From NCBI GenBank assembly GCA_024679065.1, contig JAGIQG010000025.1, positions 21,452,001 to 21,516,000 of the forward strand: 64,000 nt of DNA, in the 5' to 3' direction. This DNA comes from Sphyrna mokarran. Lineage: Eukaryota. Below are positions 25,521 through 39,706 of the stretch, piece after piece. The notes beneath the pieces were generated by a model. That model saw only the letters and a list, made by a program, of their open reading frames with translations. It was not told the DNA's origin and made no database searches. The position numbers and the translations under genes were made by a program. Numbering within the stretch: the first letter of the stretch is position 1; each line of letters starts with the position of its first letter.

Positions 25521-27191
25521 GTCAAGTTCATTTTGCTAAACAGTTTGCTATTTTTTTAAATCCTGTAGTATTATCAGTAATGAGAAGTTGAAGTGAATAT
25601 GTATGTTTCGATTTAAATGCAGAGTAGAGGGTGCAGAGTAAGGGATTGTTAACATTGACAGGCAGAAGGAGTACAAGATTTCACTCCAGCGTGTCATCAC
25701 AATGCATGTTTATCGACGAAACGGCTAAACTTTAAGAATGTGATAGCGTTCGTGAAGCATCCTTCGGCAGCATACATTCGCAGCTTTAATTCCTCGCAGT
25801 AATCCGAAAGGGGGAGGAAGAACGCAATATGATTTTCTAGTCTTGATGTCTGCGGCCCTTCACGCAATCTCTGCTCACTGGCACCTCTCTCCAGTTCTAC
25901 ACCACCTCCCACGTCTGATAGAAGGAAGCGATCAGGTTAGTCAGCAGGAGGCGCTCACCAACTTGCAGCGAACAACAAAAGAGATGCATCAGGCAAGCAG
26001 GAGGCGAGCGCTTCCACCGCGCAATTAAGAAGTGTTACAATCCTCACACTAATGGTTGGAGTTGAAATTTGATTTACGTAAGCATTTGACCTCGTGATCC
26101 CAGAGAAATGTGAGAGGAGCTCCCCCACCACCCTCCCCCCTTAAACTGTACAACCGTAAAGCAAACAGTTGGACTGTAGACTCCTGGTAAACTTCAGCAA
26201 TATCGTTTCAATTAACCAACGTGCGGATATGTCGGGCTCTGCAGGGGAGGGACGTGAAAGCTACCTGCCTTAATTGAACAGAAGTTACTGCCTACTGACA
26301 ACTTCATTTGTCATGGTCTCAGCGCCTAACTTTCACTCCAGAAGCTGGATCCCCAAGGCGCGAAGAGTGGATGTTATGGGATCTCTACATGAAAAATGTA
26401 CAAGGCTCCACCAACTCAAAATCACACGTAAATACAAAATGAAATGCTCACATAAATCGTAAAACATTTTCCTTTTGTCACTAACATGTAATTCAGTATA
26501 AATTGAAATACCAACACTTAAAGAGGACTACATGCGTCATGACTGAAAGATCTCAGTTCAGTTGAGTCTCACTTGTCCGTACTCTGTATTGCCTGAAGTC
26601 TGGGATACAGTTTGCAATCATGGTCGGTGCCTCCCTCACTTCTCTCTGGACGTAACAAATTCAGCATGAACATCAGGTCAAACTTTATCAATGACCTGAG
26701 TAATTGTGCTATTTTAGAAATATGTTATTAACAGGCTCACTTGATGTTAGATAAACTAATCTGCCGCTAACTCCGATTTTAGTGCTCAATCAACTCATTT
26801 TCTCAAGGTGCTGCTGAAACTAATGGCATGGATGTTGATTTTTCTGGCCTGTGCCAAAATCAGCCTGAGTTTCACAGCTCTCCCCCCACAATTAGACAAT
26901 AAACTGCGTTAATCAGAAGGAAACCCAATCCCACAAAACATTTCCCTGCATTGTTTTACCTTCCAGTTGAAAGGAAAAGATTACTTCCGAGCAGCGCAGG
27001 TTTGACTACTAAAACTGGTTAATGATATATTCCATCTACTCTGCCTCTTGCCATTCCTGATTGGGTAAGCATGTTTTAGGAAGTGCAGCTGTTTAAATGA
27101 TTGTCAGCGCTCTCGTATTACTTGAGTGTGTTTTGGTGTGTCGTTCACCCTGATTGTTTACAACTTGATGAGTGTCCGAATGCGATATAAC

Positions 27192-27216
27192 TGTGTGTGT
27201 GTGCGCGCGCGCGCGC
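27192..27216. repeat. (TG)n(CG)n alternating purine-pyrimidine microsatellite
   Basis: tgtgtgtgtgtgcgcgcgcgcgcgc. Confidence 0.9.
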
Positions 27217-29822
27217 CTGTGTATTCACTGGGGACGGTACCCTGCTACCCCTCCCCCCTCAGCTCTCCCTGGTATTTAACAGTCTGCCGTCAAAATTATC
27301 ATACGCCAAGATAATAAAAAAACGCCCCAGTCTGATTTAATTAGATGCGAATGTTAGGATCTGGACAGTAACGATTTGTTCTAACTGGGTAATTTGGTTA
27401 ATCAGGGAGCCGTATGAACAGGTCGGAATATTCTCGGCATTGTAGATTTCAAACTAAAACGTTGCGGAAACAAAAACCATTTAATTCCATTGAGAAATTT
27501 GGAGATTTGCAAATCCCAATGTATTTGCAGCGAGGACCAATTATTCCCCTAACCTGCATCCGAACTGTGCTCGGCATTGCGACGATTCCATTCTTTCCAT
27601 CTAATCCTTGCTAACACGTTTAGCTGGAATGACTGCATTTTTCACAATGGACAGATTTATTTAAAAAAAACTTTAAAGTCGAGTGTACAGTAGACTGCAA
27701 GAAGCTGCTAACAAGACTATTTCATAATGTCCTTTCCACATCAAAAGGATTCGAGATGCTTAATGTATCCTCGCAAGGAAATATTATTTCGCTCTTTAAC
27801 TAAAGGGCCCTTTTTATTTGATGTGTTTCTGCACGTTTTCCTCTTTTATGAGCGGAGTTACGAGGTTAGCTGCAGGGGGTATTCGTCTGCGGGAAATCTG
27901 TCTACAAATGAACATTTTTAGACGCAGAAGTGTTACTAGAATGTTCGATGCATTCGCTTTCTTAAGTTAAAAAAGCGCACAACAGTATGTGATTACCCTG
28001 CGGGCTCGGCTTCCAGTTCAGGAGAGCAGCGTTTTAAAAAAATAACAACAAAACAGCAAAATGATGTCATTTCCCTTACAAATGTTGCTGTTGTATATAT
28101 TCACACCCACACTGAGGCCAGTTAATGAAAATGGGAGGGTCAATTTTCCCATCCCATTGTTTGGTGTGAAACATGTTAAAATATTTGAAAGTGAAGCAAT
28201 TGGGAATTCAATCTGATCCCAATCTCCCCATCCCTGATATTTAAAATAAAGTGAGATTCTCGGAATTGCGACATTTATTTGTTTTAACCGAATGTTAGTT
28301 TATTTTGCACTGATCTGTCTTTCTAAAGCTGTAACCAACTTGTTTCCGCAACAAGCAACTACATATGGAAAAGCATTTCAGAATAAGCTGTTTCCTGGGT
28401 TTATTTTAGCGATCAGTGCGTACTTTATTGTTAAGAAAATAAACTTTTTTTAAATAAAGTTTAGTACTTTGCATTCAGATAATAAAAATAAACGGATAAA
28501 ATGAACCTTGTGCGTACCTGAACCGGATAGCCATTGTGTGGGCGAAATCAGGGTTTCAAATCGGCAAAAACTAAACGGGTGTCCATTACAACATATCTGG
28601 AACGCCGTGTGAAATGAGGGACTAGTACATGAAGATGATCATTTAACTATGGCTGATTCGGCCCACCAAGAGCAATAGAGTTAGATAAACCTTCTAAAAT
28701 GCTTTCATTCACTTCAATGTATTAATACTAATGTCGCTTAGTCATTTTGATGTCTATCATTTTCATTACTGCTAATAACTGGTAGTTTTCAATTTGGAAT
28801 TTATTTGTTTTTATATCTATATATATCTGTACCACACTGTGGTTCAAACCTCCCACTTCTCATTAAATTGAATCACCTGCAGGAAATATTCCGTGCATCA
28901 TCCCTGCAACTAAGGGATCGATGTACAGTTCCATTAATTAAAACTCAAGCCGAACACTTAAATGTCGCACTCCAGAAAAGCCAACCAAAATGTCCAAAAG
29001 GCCCACACACATAAACGCCTTTAAACAAAATTAGAAAGTACACTTCACACATTGAACCGAACTTATTCCAATCGCACTTTTAACATCTTTGCCCATCATC
29101 AACTCAAGTAGCAATTAGCTGGTCGTTTCATTAATTAACTATTCCTGGTAGATTTTTACAGCAGGACGGGGTATTACACCCCATAGCAGGAAGGCATGAA
29201 AAGAATATAGACGTATTTGGCCATTCCCACAATGGGAAAAACTAATTCTGCGTTTTTTAAAATGTGTGTGTGTGTGTTGTTGCTTTGACGAGAAGCGCGT
29301 CAACATGTTTCACGGGAAAGTAGTTTAATTAAGTGCCAAGTCAAACATAAAAAAGGTGAAAGGTCAGTTATACGAGTTGAGTGTGATTATGGCCATTTTA
29401 GCACTGCCCATCTTCGCCACATCTTCCAACACCATTGAAATGTTTATTATAGGAACAGGGAGTGTTCAAATTGAAGTATTTTGTGAGTTTCACAAATTCG
29501 ACCCGAAGACAACCAAAGGCGCGCTTAATCTGTGATTAATTATTTGAGCCAGTCCATTCGTGAACCGCTGGTTGCTTTTACATTTCTTGACACTGACAGG
29601 GACTACTGGTTCAGGTGTCCTGTTGCTATAGCAAAAACTCAGCCAATTTAGAGGCGAGCTGGAAAGAATTTCAACAGGGCAAAGTGTAACACAATTTACT
29701 TCCAACGGCCAAACATCGTTAAAGGCAAAATTAGTAAAACCAAACACAGTTTACCTAAGACGGCCACACTTTTATGAGGCCTGGTCCCGTAAGATTATTC
29801 CATAAGTGTACAGTTATTTTTA

Positions 29823-30141
29823 TAGAATTATTGAATTCCGACAGAGCGGAAGGAGGCCACTCGGCCCATCGAGCCTGCACTAACAACAATCCCACCTAGG
29901 CCCTATGCTCGTAAGCCCACGTATTTATCTTACTAATCGTCTTGATACTAAAGGGCAAGTTAGCACGACCTAACCCGCACATGTTTGGATTGTGGAAGGA
30001 AACCGGAGTAACCGGAGGAAACCCACGCGGACACGGGGGGAATGTGCGAATTCCACACAGACAGTTACCCAAAGCCTTAATTGAACCCGGCTCCCTGGCG
30101 CTGTGATGCTGCAGTGCGAACTACTGTGCCATCACGCCACC
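29823..30141 (-). mobile_element. HE1/V-SINE-like SINE, tail type B, CpG-rich copy
   Basis: Reverse complement: gaaggaggccactcggcccatcgagcctgcac tail, accggaggaaacccacgcggacacgggg core, ttgaacccgg B box. Confidence 0.9.
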
Positions 30142-33100
30142 TTTTTCACTTTTACTTTTCACTTTTACTGATCACTTTTACACTAGTACAAGATGGCAGG
30201 ATATTTCGAAAGGCATCTTATCGCTAATTAGAGATAATATCAGTTTAATAAAATGATATTGTTTATTCGAATTAAATGAATATAATTACAGAAAATTATT
30301 GTTATAAATCAGGGTAGGCGATGTACTTAATTCCACAAAGTACACTGGGTGCCACTAATCTTGGGAGAATCTATTAAGTGTCAACATTTTATTCTTTAGG
30401 TTAAACTTTCATTTGAATTGGATTCAGTAAACTTTACAATTTACTTCATTTTTGTATTAAGTTGTTTAGATCTTTCTGGATGACATCACTTCAATTTAAA
30501 GCATGACCCAAAACTCTCCGAAATCTGACATTTTTGCAGATTTCTTTTATATTTCTGAGGTTTCAGAAAGTTTAAATTTCATTGTTTAACGTTGTCGGGA
30601 ATTAAATTGCACTGCTTTCTTAGATTAAAAAAAACTCTGATGTAGAAAACTCAAGTTATTTATTTTAATGAGAAAAATCACCCGAAACGAATAGGAACTC
30701 CCGTTGTTTGTATAAGAAATTACTGACTCGTGTTTATTCCTTTTGCTTAATCAGGGACTGAAACTCGCACACCCACCACAGGAATCAATCTGTTACATTG
30801 ATTTGTTCACACCTCTGACCACGTGTGCTGTGAAATCTGCACTGTGACTTTTTACTGCAAGCCACTGTTTGGAAAGCAACTCTTTCTTTCTGGTTGAAAC
30901 ATTCAACCCAATAGTTCATTTAGACCCCCTCAAATATCTGTTTTAAGGTATAAATAGATATTACAGGAAACACCGACAGACCCTGTTGTCAGCTGCAATT
31001 TGTGTTGGGAGATGTCTGGTCAGCTGACGATGTCTGATCCTGGATGTGAACACAGTCTGTTGTAGTAACTGGTCCCTGTTGTACAACAGATTAATCATTA
31101 ATTCAGCCTGACTGACATCTGTTGACCAGTTGTTACCTCTCTACCCTAACAAGGCGACTGGACTGATAAAACAGTTCAAGCATATTGGACTTTACAATCA
31201 TTAGTTACTTTAGTTAATCAATTGAGAAGACCTGACCGGTCAAGCCATTAATACCCAGTAAACCAGAATAATTAATACTGTCTGTTAACATTGCGAGGGT
31301 GATATGGGGTCAACTGTACGGAATACAACTGTGCCAATGATAGATTTAAGTTTGGATGCTAGCCAATGGGGCACTATAGGTAGACCATAGAATTAGACAC
31401 GAGGGAATTGTACAAAACGTAATATATTCATAGCGCTGGAGAGGTTAAAATTGCAATATAAAGTAGATATTGATTGTTTACTTTTTTAACAAGGTCCAAA
31501 TATCGATTTTTTTTCTGGCAGGCGTTGAGGGAAAAGGAACAAATATTTAGAAGCTATGTTTTCAGTTGCAGATTGAGGGAGTAACACCTTTATTACATAT
31601 TAAGAACGAGCGGGAAATGCGAGTTCTGGAGTGCTCAGCGATTGGGAGTATTTTGTAAACATTTGTGTCCCCTAATTTTCATTAAGAAATTTTCACTAGT
31701 ACTCCGCACGTGCTGCCGTTTGTTTTAGTAAAACGTGTCATTTATTACGTTTCGAGTCTTCCCTTTCCCCTTGCAAGTAAGCTCAGAACTAATTGAAATT
31801 CAAAGTTACGTTCTCAGTATCTTAGCCCTATTAGTACCTATGCCAATTCGCGCTACATGATTTGGTTTGTTGTATTAACCTGCTTGGTAATGCTCATAAC
31901 CTACTGCTATAAAATGTTAAGACTAAGTCTGATTTTATTGTGTGATGGTGTGGGAAGACGTGGGGTGTTTACATTAGGAACATGAGCAGAGTCAACTGCG
32001 ATTCGCTGACCACAATTTTATATCAAAACACAATTTAATCATTACTCGATGGAGAGGTTTGCAATACCAAGGCCAACTTTCTGATTAACTACTTTGCAAC
32101 CGTATTTGGAAATTCATGACGTTGAATAGGTGTCTTTCCAATCCATCAAAAGGCAAGTGCAAGCTGTCAGCAATTGATGTGTCTTATACTGTCGGATAAT
32201 ATGATCTATGCTGTACACTTTAGCTGTGACATCAATTTATTCCACACTTGATTCATTAATGCAGCCTATAGATCAATCAGCTGTTTGGGTTAGCAACGTA
32301 TTTCAACTCTTCTTCTAATCGTTTACATCTACCAGTGTCCCGTTCCATTAGTTGTATGGGATGTTTTTATCCATTTCATTCAACAAACTGAAGACCTGTA
32401 TCCCGAAAGTCTATCAACTTTCTAGCCAAGGTGCCAGAGATATTAAATCCGCCCCTCTGTTCAATTACTTTGCGAATAATGTGGCGAACACGCGTGAAAT
32501 CACGGCATTTTAACCTACACCAACTTTGGAATGATCACTGAAAACACGCTGGAAAGGGCACGCCCGCGAGTTAGTGTCATTTTTAATGACAACTCGTAGC
32601 TGCTGCAAAACTGACAACACAATTCCAACTTGCCAATTTGACACTTGATTCCAAATTTGAATGATGGATTTGCGTTTGCAGAGATTGAACAAGCCAGGAA
32701 AAGTTAACTCTACAGAGCATATCAAAGCACTGAGCGTGCACGGAACATGTAAGACAAAAATAACTAGCGCCCTAGCCTGTAATACATTGAGAGAGGCAAT
32801 CTTATCCAATAATCCGTGAATTTAACCATCGTTCACAAACTATAAGCAAATCTATCGTTCTATTTATGTACAATTTACACCAGGAAGGAAAACAAACGTT
32901 TACTCCCTATATTTCTTTATCTTGGAATATGTCATTTTTAAATCGGATAGTTTACATTGATTTCAACTAGCTTAACCAACACTACCGCGTGTTATTATGA
33001 GTGGAACTGAATATTCCATTAAGAAGAGTAAAAATGTCCTCACAGTACTCTGGTAGAAATGGAGTTTGTTAATGATGGGAAACAGAGACATGTAGTTTCG

Positions 33101-34628
33101 GTTTAGTAACAAACTGTGCTGGAGTTAGAATAAAAACAAGGAGTAAAATCGAAGGGGCTTATAAAAAGATGATGTCCACTTTGAAGGACTTATTACAAAC
33201 TTGCCAACCAAATTACAATCTAGTCTCATTGTATAATGCTAACTTTAGTGCTATTTACGTTTTAGCATGTTTTATATTCATCCAATATTAGACATCAGGC
33301 TTAACGCCAAAGAATGGCAAATTTCTTAACATCTCAAAGGATTACAAAATATACAATTGCTTTTACCTGAAACTAACAACCTTGTAACTTATGTTAAATA
33401 ATGAAAGGCAAACTCTTTCAATCGTTTATTTTTATAGGAAAACTTCTTCAAGGTTCCAAGCGATTCAGTTTAAAACTTTACCCAAAGCCAGAATAAAATA
33501 AGCACAAGAGATCGCAGTATGCATAATGTACTTTTATTTTCACAAACCCCTTGTTCTGAATGAGATATAAAACAGCGCACATTCCGTGAAATAGCTCGAT
33601 TTCCTGTTTTTATTAACATTCCGACAACACACGTTGTCAAAGGTAACAGCAAAGATAACAATAAATATATCGCAGGAGATGGACATTGAAACTATCGAGA
33701 TATGGATGTAGCGTTTCTGTTAAGCAGAAACACATGAAGACGACATGCAATCTGATATGCCCTGACAGTGTATGTGACACTGCTAATACGGGGAAAGCGC
33801 TATAGGAGTAAGTCAAACTATCTGGAAGCGACATTTGGATAATTAGCCACCATTGAACGGTCAATCAAGCGAGCAGAGAAACAGGACAAAAAACCCACAG
33901 TGGAGTTGCAAAACAAAAGAAACCTCACCATGCCCAGGATTAACCGCTCTAAAGCGATCTAAATGCTGCTGTATTTGAAAAGACTGGTCCCCACTGTACC
34001 GCTGGAAAGCTAATTGTAGGTTGGTCCGGTTTAAACTACCATTTTCATTTTTTAAAAGCGTCGCGCCAAACAGAGCGCGAAATACCTACTCAAGTACAGG
34101 AAAGTGTACACAATACATTTACATCAAATATTGACACTAGAAAGGCCTGCTTTATCCTTAAATGTTGCATGCCTGAGTTTATTTATGCAATCATAATCAG
34201 TATTGATAATTTCCCGTCTCTCTGTCTCTTTAAGTCTACTTCATGATGATGAAAAGGATTAAAATCCATAACCTTAAAGCGTCCGCGGATCTACATAATA
34301 ACATTGCCACTGCTTAAAGATCGGCCCCGTCCTACACGGATCCCATGTAAATTAAAGCATGCAGAATGCTTAATTGAATAAATACATATTTAATACATGC
34401 ACATTCGATCAGGGCATCATAACGTCTAGATGTTGGTTTATACATTATACATCATTCTTATACACAGGATGTCTGCAGGCGTGTATGAAATATGATATTG
34501 CAACATTCACAAACGATTAATGCATCAACCAAGCATAAATTAATCACTGGTGCTAAATCTTCACACTCTAATAAATTTGCAGTTGACTCGAATAACATCA
34601 CGCCACCATTGGATAAATGATGCCTTAC

Positions 34629-34825
34629 CGCCAGCCAGTCTCGTCCTCTGCTGAGCGCTTTCCAGACTCGTCTCCTTCCAGGACTGTAACCTGGATGTTT
34701 ATGAGCACTTGGACTATCTGCTGTTCGGTCCTCGCTAACTCCGACGAAACACCACATACAGCTGTGATCTACAGCCTCACTCCCTTTATAATGATTGTGT
34801 TTAACTGACCTCTGACCCATCCGCA
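34629..34825 (-). promoter_or_regulatory. Candidate distal promoter plus alternative first exon of Lhx2
   Basis: Minus strand: GGGTCAgAGGTCA DR1 (34818-34806), FOX-like TAAACAC, TATAAAG (34790-34784), then GCG|gtaagg donor at 34629/34628. Confidence 0.4.
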
Positions 34826-37800
34826 TCGTCAAACTCCTTGGTTGCATCAATTCTTCATCCATTTTTTGAACTTTATGAAGTAGGATCGGATGACTTTTCC
34901 TGTTAGAAAGTGTCTCTGATAGACAAGTCAATCACGTTTGATCACCATCTAGGTAACGCCAATGACAACGCACCTCACACTCGTCAGATTTTTTTTAGAT
35001 CGGAGCATGCACAGTCAACATGCTCTGCCGACTTATTTGACAACAGTGAGATAAACGTATTATAATCAATTGTAATTAATCCCAAAAGCTAGCATCAGCT
35101 CTGCGCAGTTTAAAATAACTCACCCAATAATAATGGAAACGGGGACAGGGTGTTTAAAATGGTAATGGTTTTGAAATGAAACGTACCTCTGTTGGAATAA
35201 TTGTTGCATAGCCAGACTGTCTCGGGTAGCAAAGGACCCCATGCACCGCCCGTTTAATAAGTTCAAGACATGCCCTTTACCTTTATTTCCCTTAGTCTCA
35301 CTCAGTGGAAATCAAATCCTTCCGATGAAGTGCTATACCGGAAACGAATAACTACTTCCACGTCGGTTGCGTCTATTAACAGGGAAAATCATGTTCGCCC
35401 CATTATAACAAATGGTTTTTATTACCTTTTTTATAGTCAGCCACCTCGTCCAGCAAAGCCCATTGAAAAGCAAGCACATGTCCTTTCTAACAGCGTGAAC
35501 CCGGGGACAAGCATGGAGTATTTAGTGAAGAGAGAAAGGAAAATAGCACGATTCTACTTTTAAGAAGGATGTTTTCACAAACTTGGCAGTTGACTAGTAG
35601 AACTGGGTAAAGGACGACAGCTGGCAATGCGTTCAGAATATGCGTGAAGACAGAAAGAGGGAATAAGTGTTGTTAAAAAGAGGGCTGATTATTACAATCA
35701 AAGCGCATGATGGACAAATGGCTGCTCTTTTGGGGTTTTGTAATTGCTATTGATTCTTAATCTTGTAGCAGCTTTTGCTTTATTTGCGCAGTTGAGTTAG
35801 AGTTTATTTTCTTCTGTAATGTATCTTGTCACAATCCATATTTTCAGGACTTAAGTGAAGCTTCGCGTGTCCCCTCTGTCCCACAATGTCTTCCTCAAAG
35901 TTCTGTGAAGTGTCATTATTTGGAAAACAGTCTGTTTGGAGGTGACAAGAATGGTAAGCACTGACTTCATTTACATCATTCATATTACATGAACCTACTT
36001 AAAGTCCCAACGTATGACAGCGCTCTTTCGCTGTAGCAGTAATGTTAAGAGAAACAGTTCAAGTGCTTAGACTTCCCTTACCTGCCCGCATCCCAGGTTG
36101 GCAGATGTGATGTAGCAGGGCTAGCCATTTTAAATTACCACTGGTCCTCCCGTATAGGAGTTGATGACCCAGAATCTTTCCGATGATATATTAGAAATGA
36201 CATTATGATGATTGACACTTTCAGGAACTCGCACTCTAAATTCATACGCTGTAAATCGTGTATCATTTGGCACCTTGGTACATCTGGTTTAAAATACGCT
36301 CCAATATTAACATAAACAAATGACTATACACGTAACTTTAATGGGCTCAAAAACAGAAACACGATCAACATATAATACAATTGAAAACAAGGAATTGAAT
36401 TGAGCGGCATTTTAAACCTGAACATATTCCCGAACGATATAACATTAATTTGCATGCAGAAGACTATCTTGTTTTCTGGGATTAATTGGCTTCATCGCAA
36501 CATTCCATTAAAGGCTTCTTGTAGTAAAGATTTGAAATTACACAGATTATACTCATAAAACGTAACATTTGGCGTCTGTTGGATTTTTTAATTTATACAA
36601 CACATAATCGCTGTTGTCCTGCATTTAATTGGACTTACAATTGCCAATAGCGAGATGTTAATCAAAATAAATTGGTGTTAAACAGTAAATCATTAAATCT
36701 GTATTGCAATGTAAGTGTAACTAATGTGTTTTGACTTAAAGCAACTGAATGCAAATAATGAATCTGTCACTGAAGATGTGCTCATTAAATAAAGCTCTGT
36801 GCACCAGGGTCCATCAGATAGAAATTACATCGTCACGTGTGTGTGTATGTGTGTGTGGGGGGGGGGGCGGTTTGGCGTACTTGACACAATGACATAAAAA
36901 AAGGGAAAAAGTCAAAATGGGAAGGAAAGAAAACAGCATAGTTTAAAAAAATTTTTTTTCAAAAAATTTGGAGCATCCGTCAGTATAAACTAGGAAGAGC
37001 TTTTTGAATATTGACACGTGTAATTGCATTAAACTGAATAGCCCACGCCAAAATAGAAGCACTTGAGCGGCATCATGCATTGTTTTTGCTTACTGTAATT
37101 GTTTGAAAAGTAACAATCTGAATACATTATCAGCTGCAGTAATAGGCCAGATTGGAGTCAGTCAGTGAAATCCAGTCCTAACATTTTTGTACTATGCCAT
37201 TTCAGAGGGGATCTTACCTACTCTAATCTTATGTAATACTTAGACAAATGTATGGCGATGAAGAGGTTCTTCCACCCCTTCACCCCAATTAAATCACACG
37301 ATCTAAGAATCATTATGATTGAAATTACTCGGCGGTTTCCAGATGTTTCTATTTTCCTCTTTCCATAGTAACGTTGGCACCAAATGAAATCCGGGATTCT
37401 GATTAGAATTTGAAACTAGACTGGATGGAACCGCAGCAATTTCTTTTGCCAGTAGGTGTGAACCTAAGCGGATTTTATTCCCGTGTTCTCCGATCCCAAG
37501 TTTGTGCACTAATGTCGATCTTAAACAATTAAATGTGCCGAATCGTAATAACTACGCTGTTCAACCGTCCTCGTTTAACAATCGACCTTAAAATCTGCAA
37601 TTCTATTTGTCGATGTCTTTCTCTGCTTTTCAATAGCTATCTTCATTCATCAATCTTTATCTGTCAGTTTTTCAATAGCTGGCCAATATGTATCCATGTG
37701 CTGCTAAGTACCGCACGTACGATGTTCTTACCCACAGACTAACAGTTCATTTGGAACTGCTTCTTAATATTAGTTTACAACTGACAGTTCGTGAGGGTAA

Positions 37801-39706
37801 CGTATTACTTTGCACAAACGCTGAACTTTTGATGTTTTCAACGTACATTCCTGAAGGCAGATAATTTGCTCGATTTTGAGAACAGGTCTGCCATATCATT
37901 TATTGGAAACTTATTGACAATTCAACTGGAAAGATCCTCCTGATAAGGTGTTCTTTTATATGAGGGGGACGGTACAGATAAAGCAATGGAATTAATTCAA
38001 CTTTACACTTTTCTTACAAATAAGATTTTCTTAACCGTGGCCAAAATTAACTCTATGGGATCTCCCAAGTGAAGCTGGACTTGCATGATTCACTGTGCAA
38101 TCCTGCATATCTTGATTTGATATGTCATATTTTGCCCTTTGTGTATTATTATTACTACAGACGGGAATGAGTCTGTGAATGGTTCTGACTGCCGGCCCTG
38201 TAAGGACAAAACATCCTGTATATATCTTTCCCTTTCATTCCCTTCAATTAATATCACCATATCTGTGCAATCCATTAGATTCTCTTTATTTCTGACTATT
38301 TCGGTGTTTTATACCTCCGTATTGCATTCCTATCCCCGAGTTCCTCTCTCGTTTTCTCATCATTCACTCTGGATCAAGAATTTAATTGCTTCTTTGCTCG
38401 TTTCTTCATCGTATCTTACCTGTATTAAAATACCTTTTCCTCTTCCCGTTTCCTAGGGCCACTGGCTCTTCCTAACTGAAGAATTTAATGTTTGGCTGTT
38501 CCCACCCGCTACCAAACATGACACATAATATATACATTTGATGCCTGAATGGGGCACTGGGCTAAAGTCAGAATCACTCCGATTCAAGTCATATAAAGGA
38601 ATAAAGCAGTTGCTTGAACTGCACGCCCTATTGTCATATGAGACTGCCAAGTGGCGTGCAACACCACTTCAGCAAAAACAATGTTTCTAAAAGGGTGCTC
38701 AATTCTTTTCAAAAATTCCTATGATATCTGTTAAAACCTGTAAGCTGAAAACCAAGCCTCCTCCCCTCCCAAATGTAGACACTGGACCTTAGTGAACCCA
38801 TTCTGCCCTTCTCACCTTGTTATTGTGTCAACCCAGGAGAATGTACTTCTTATGGTGTCTCTATAACTGATCTTCTCCTGGTTCCAGCTACTGCAGGAAA
38901 TCAAACTATTTTCAAGTTCTAAAAAAAAGATAATTTTGCATTAGCCTCAGTGTAACCAGCAGCTGGTTTGGCCAGAGCAATAACCCGTCAACACGTCTGC
39001 TTTTTTTAACTCAAAGAAGACTGCTATCCACCGTGTGGAGAATTATGAATGCTAGCCATTGTTTTGCCACACTATTTTTCTTCTCGACCCCTGTTCTGTT
39101 GGTGGTTTTACTTGCCATAGTCCCTATAACATATAGCATCTATTCATCCCTTACTGCATGCCATTCCATTCCCCGACCCCCTTTATCCCAAAATGTTCCC
39201 AGATTTCTCTACTGTGTCCACAATACCTCATTTTGATTTATTTTGGGAAGTTCGCCTTGTACCTCTCATTTCACTAATATGGTGTCTTGCACTGAACTAT
39301 GGTTGCCAGCAAATGGTTAATTGTGATTGTGTTATTCTGGGAAATCTGTGGGCTAGTTTAGTTGGACGTTGGAGATGGCACCAGAGTTGAGCTGTCTGCA
39401 CTTTCAATGCAAAAGCTAAAACCCTGATTGATTTCCCCCAAACGGTTGCCAAGGAATGCGGAGGCCAGTTGTTGGAGCCGAGAACAGAAATAATATCCAG
39501 TCACTGTTGGCTCGGTGTTGCATCACTGAGCTATCTTCATATTCCTGATCTGGGTTGCTGCCCATGGCCGAGTTTCATTTCCTCTTTCTTATCTGGAAAC
39601 TCACGGAATTAACGTAGACCCGCGTTAGATCGAGTTGAGAGTTAAGAAGAAGGACGGGGCACAAGATATAACAACAAAATCAAATAATTAACAGCCAGAC
39701 TCCACA

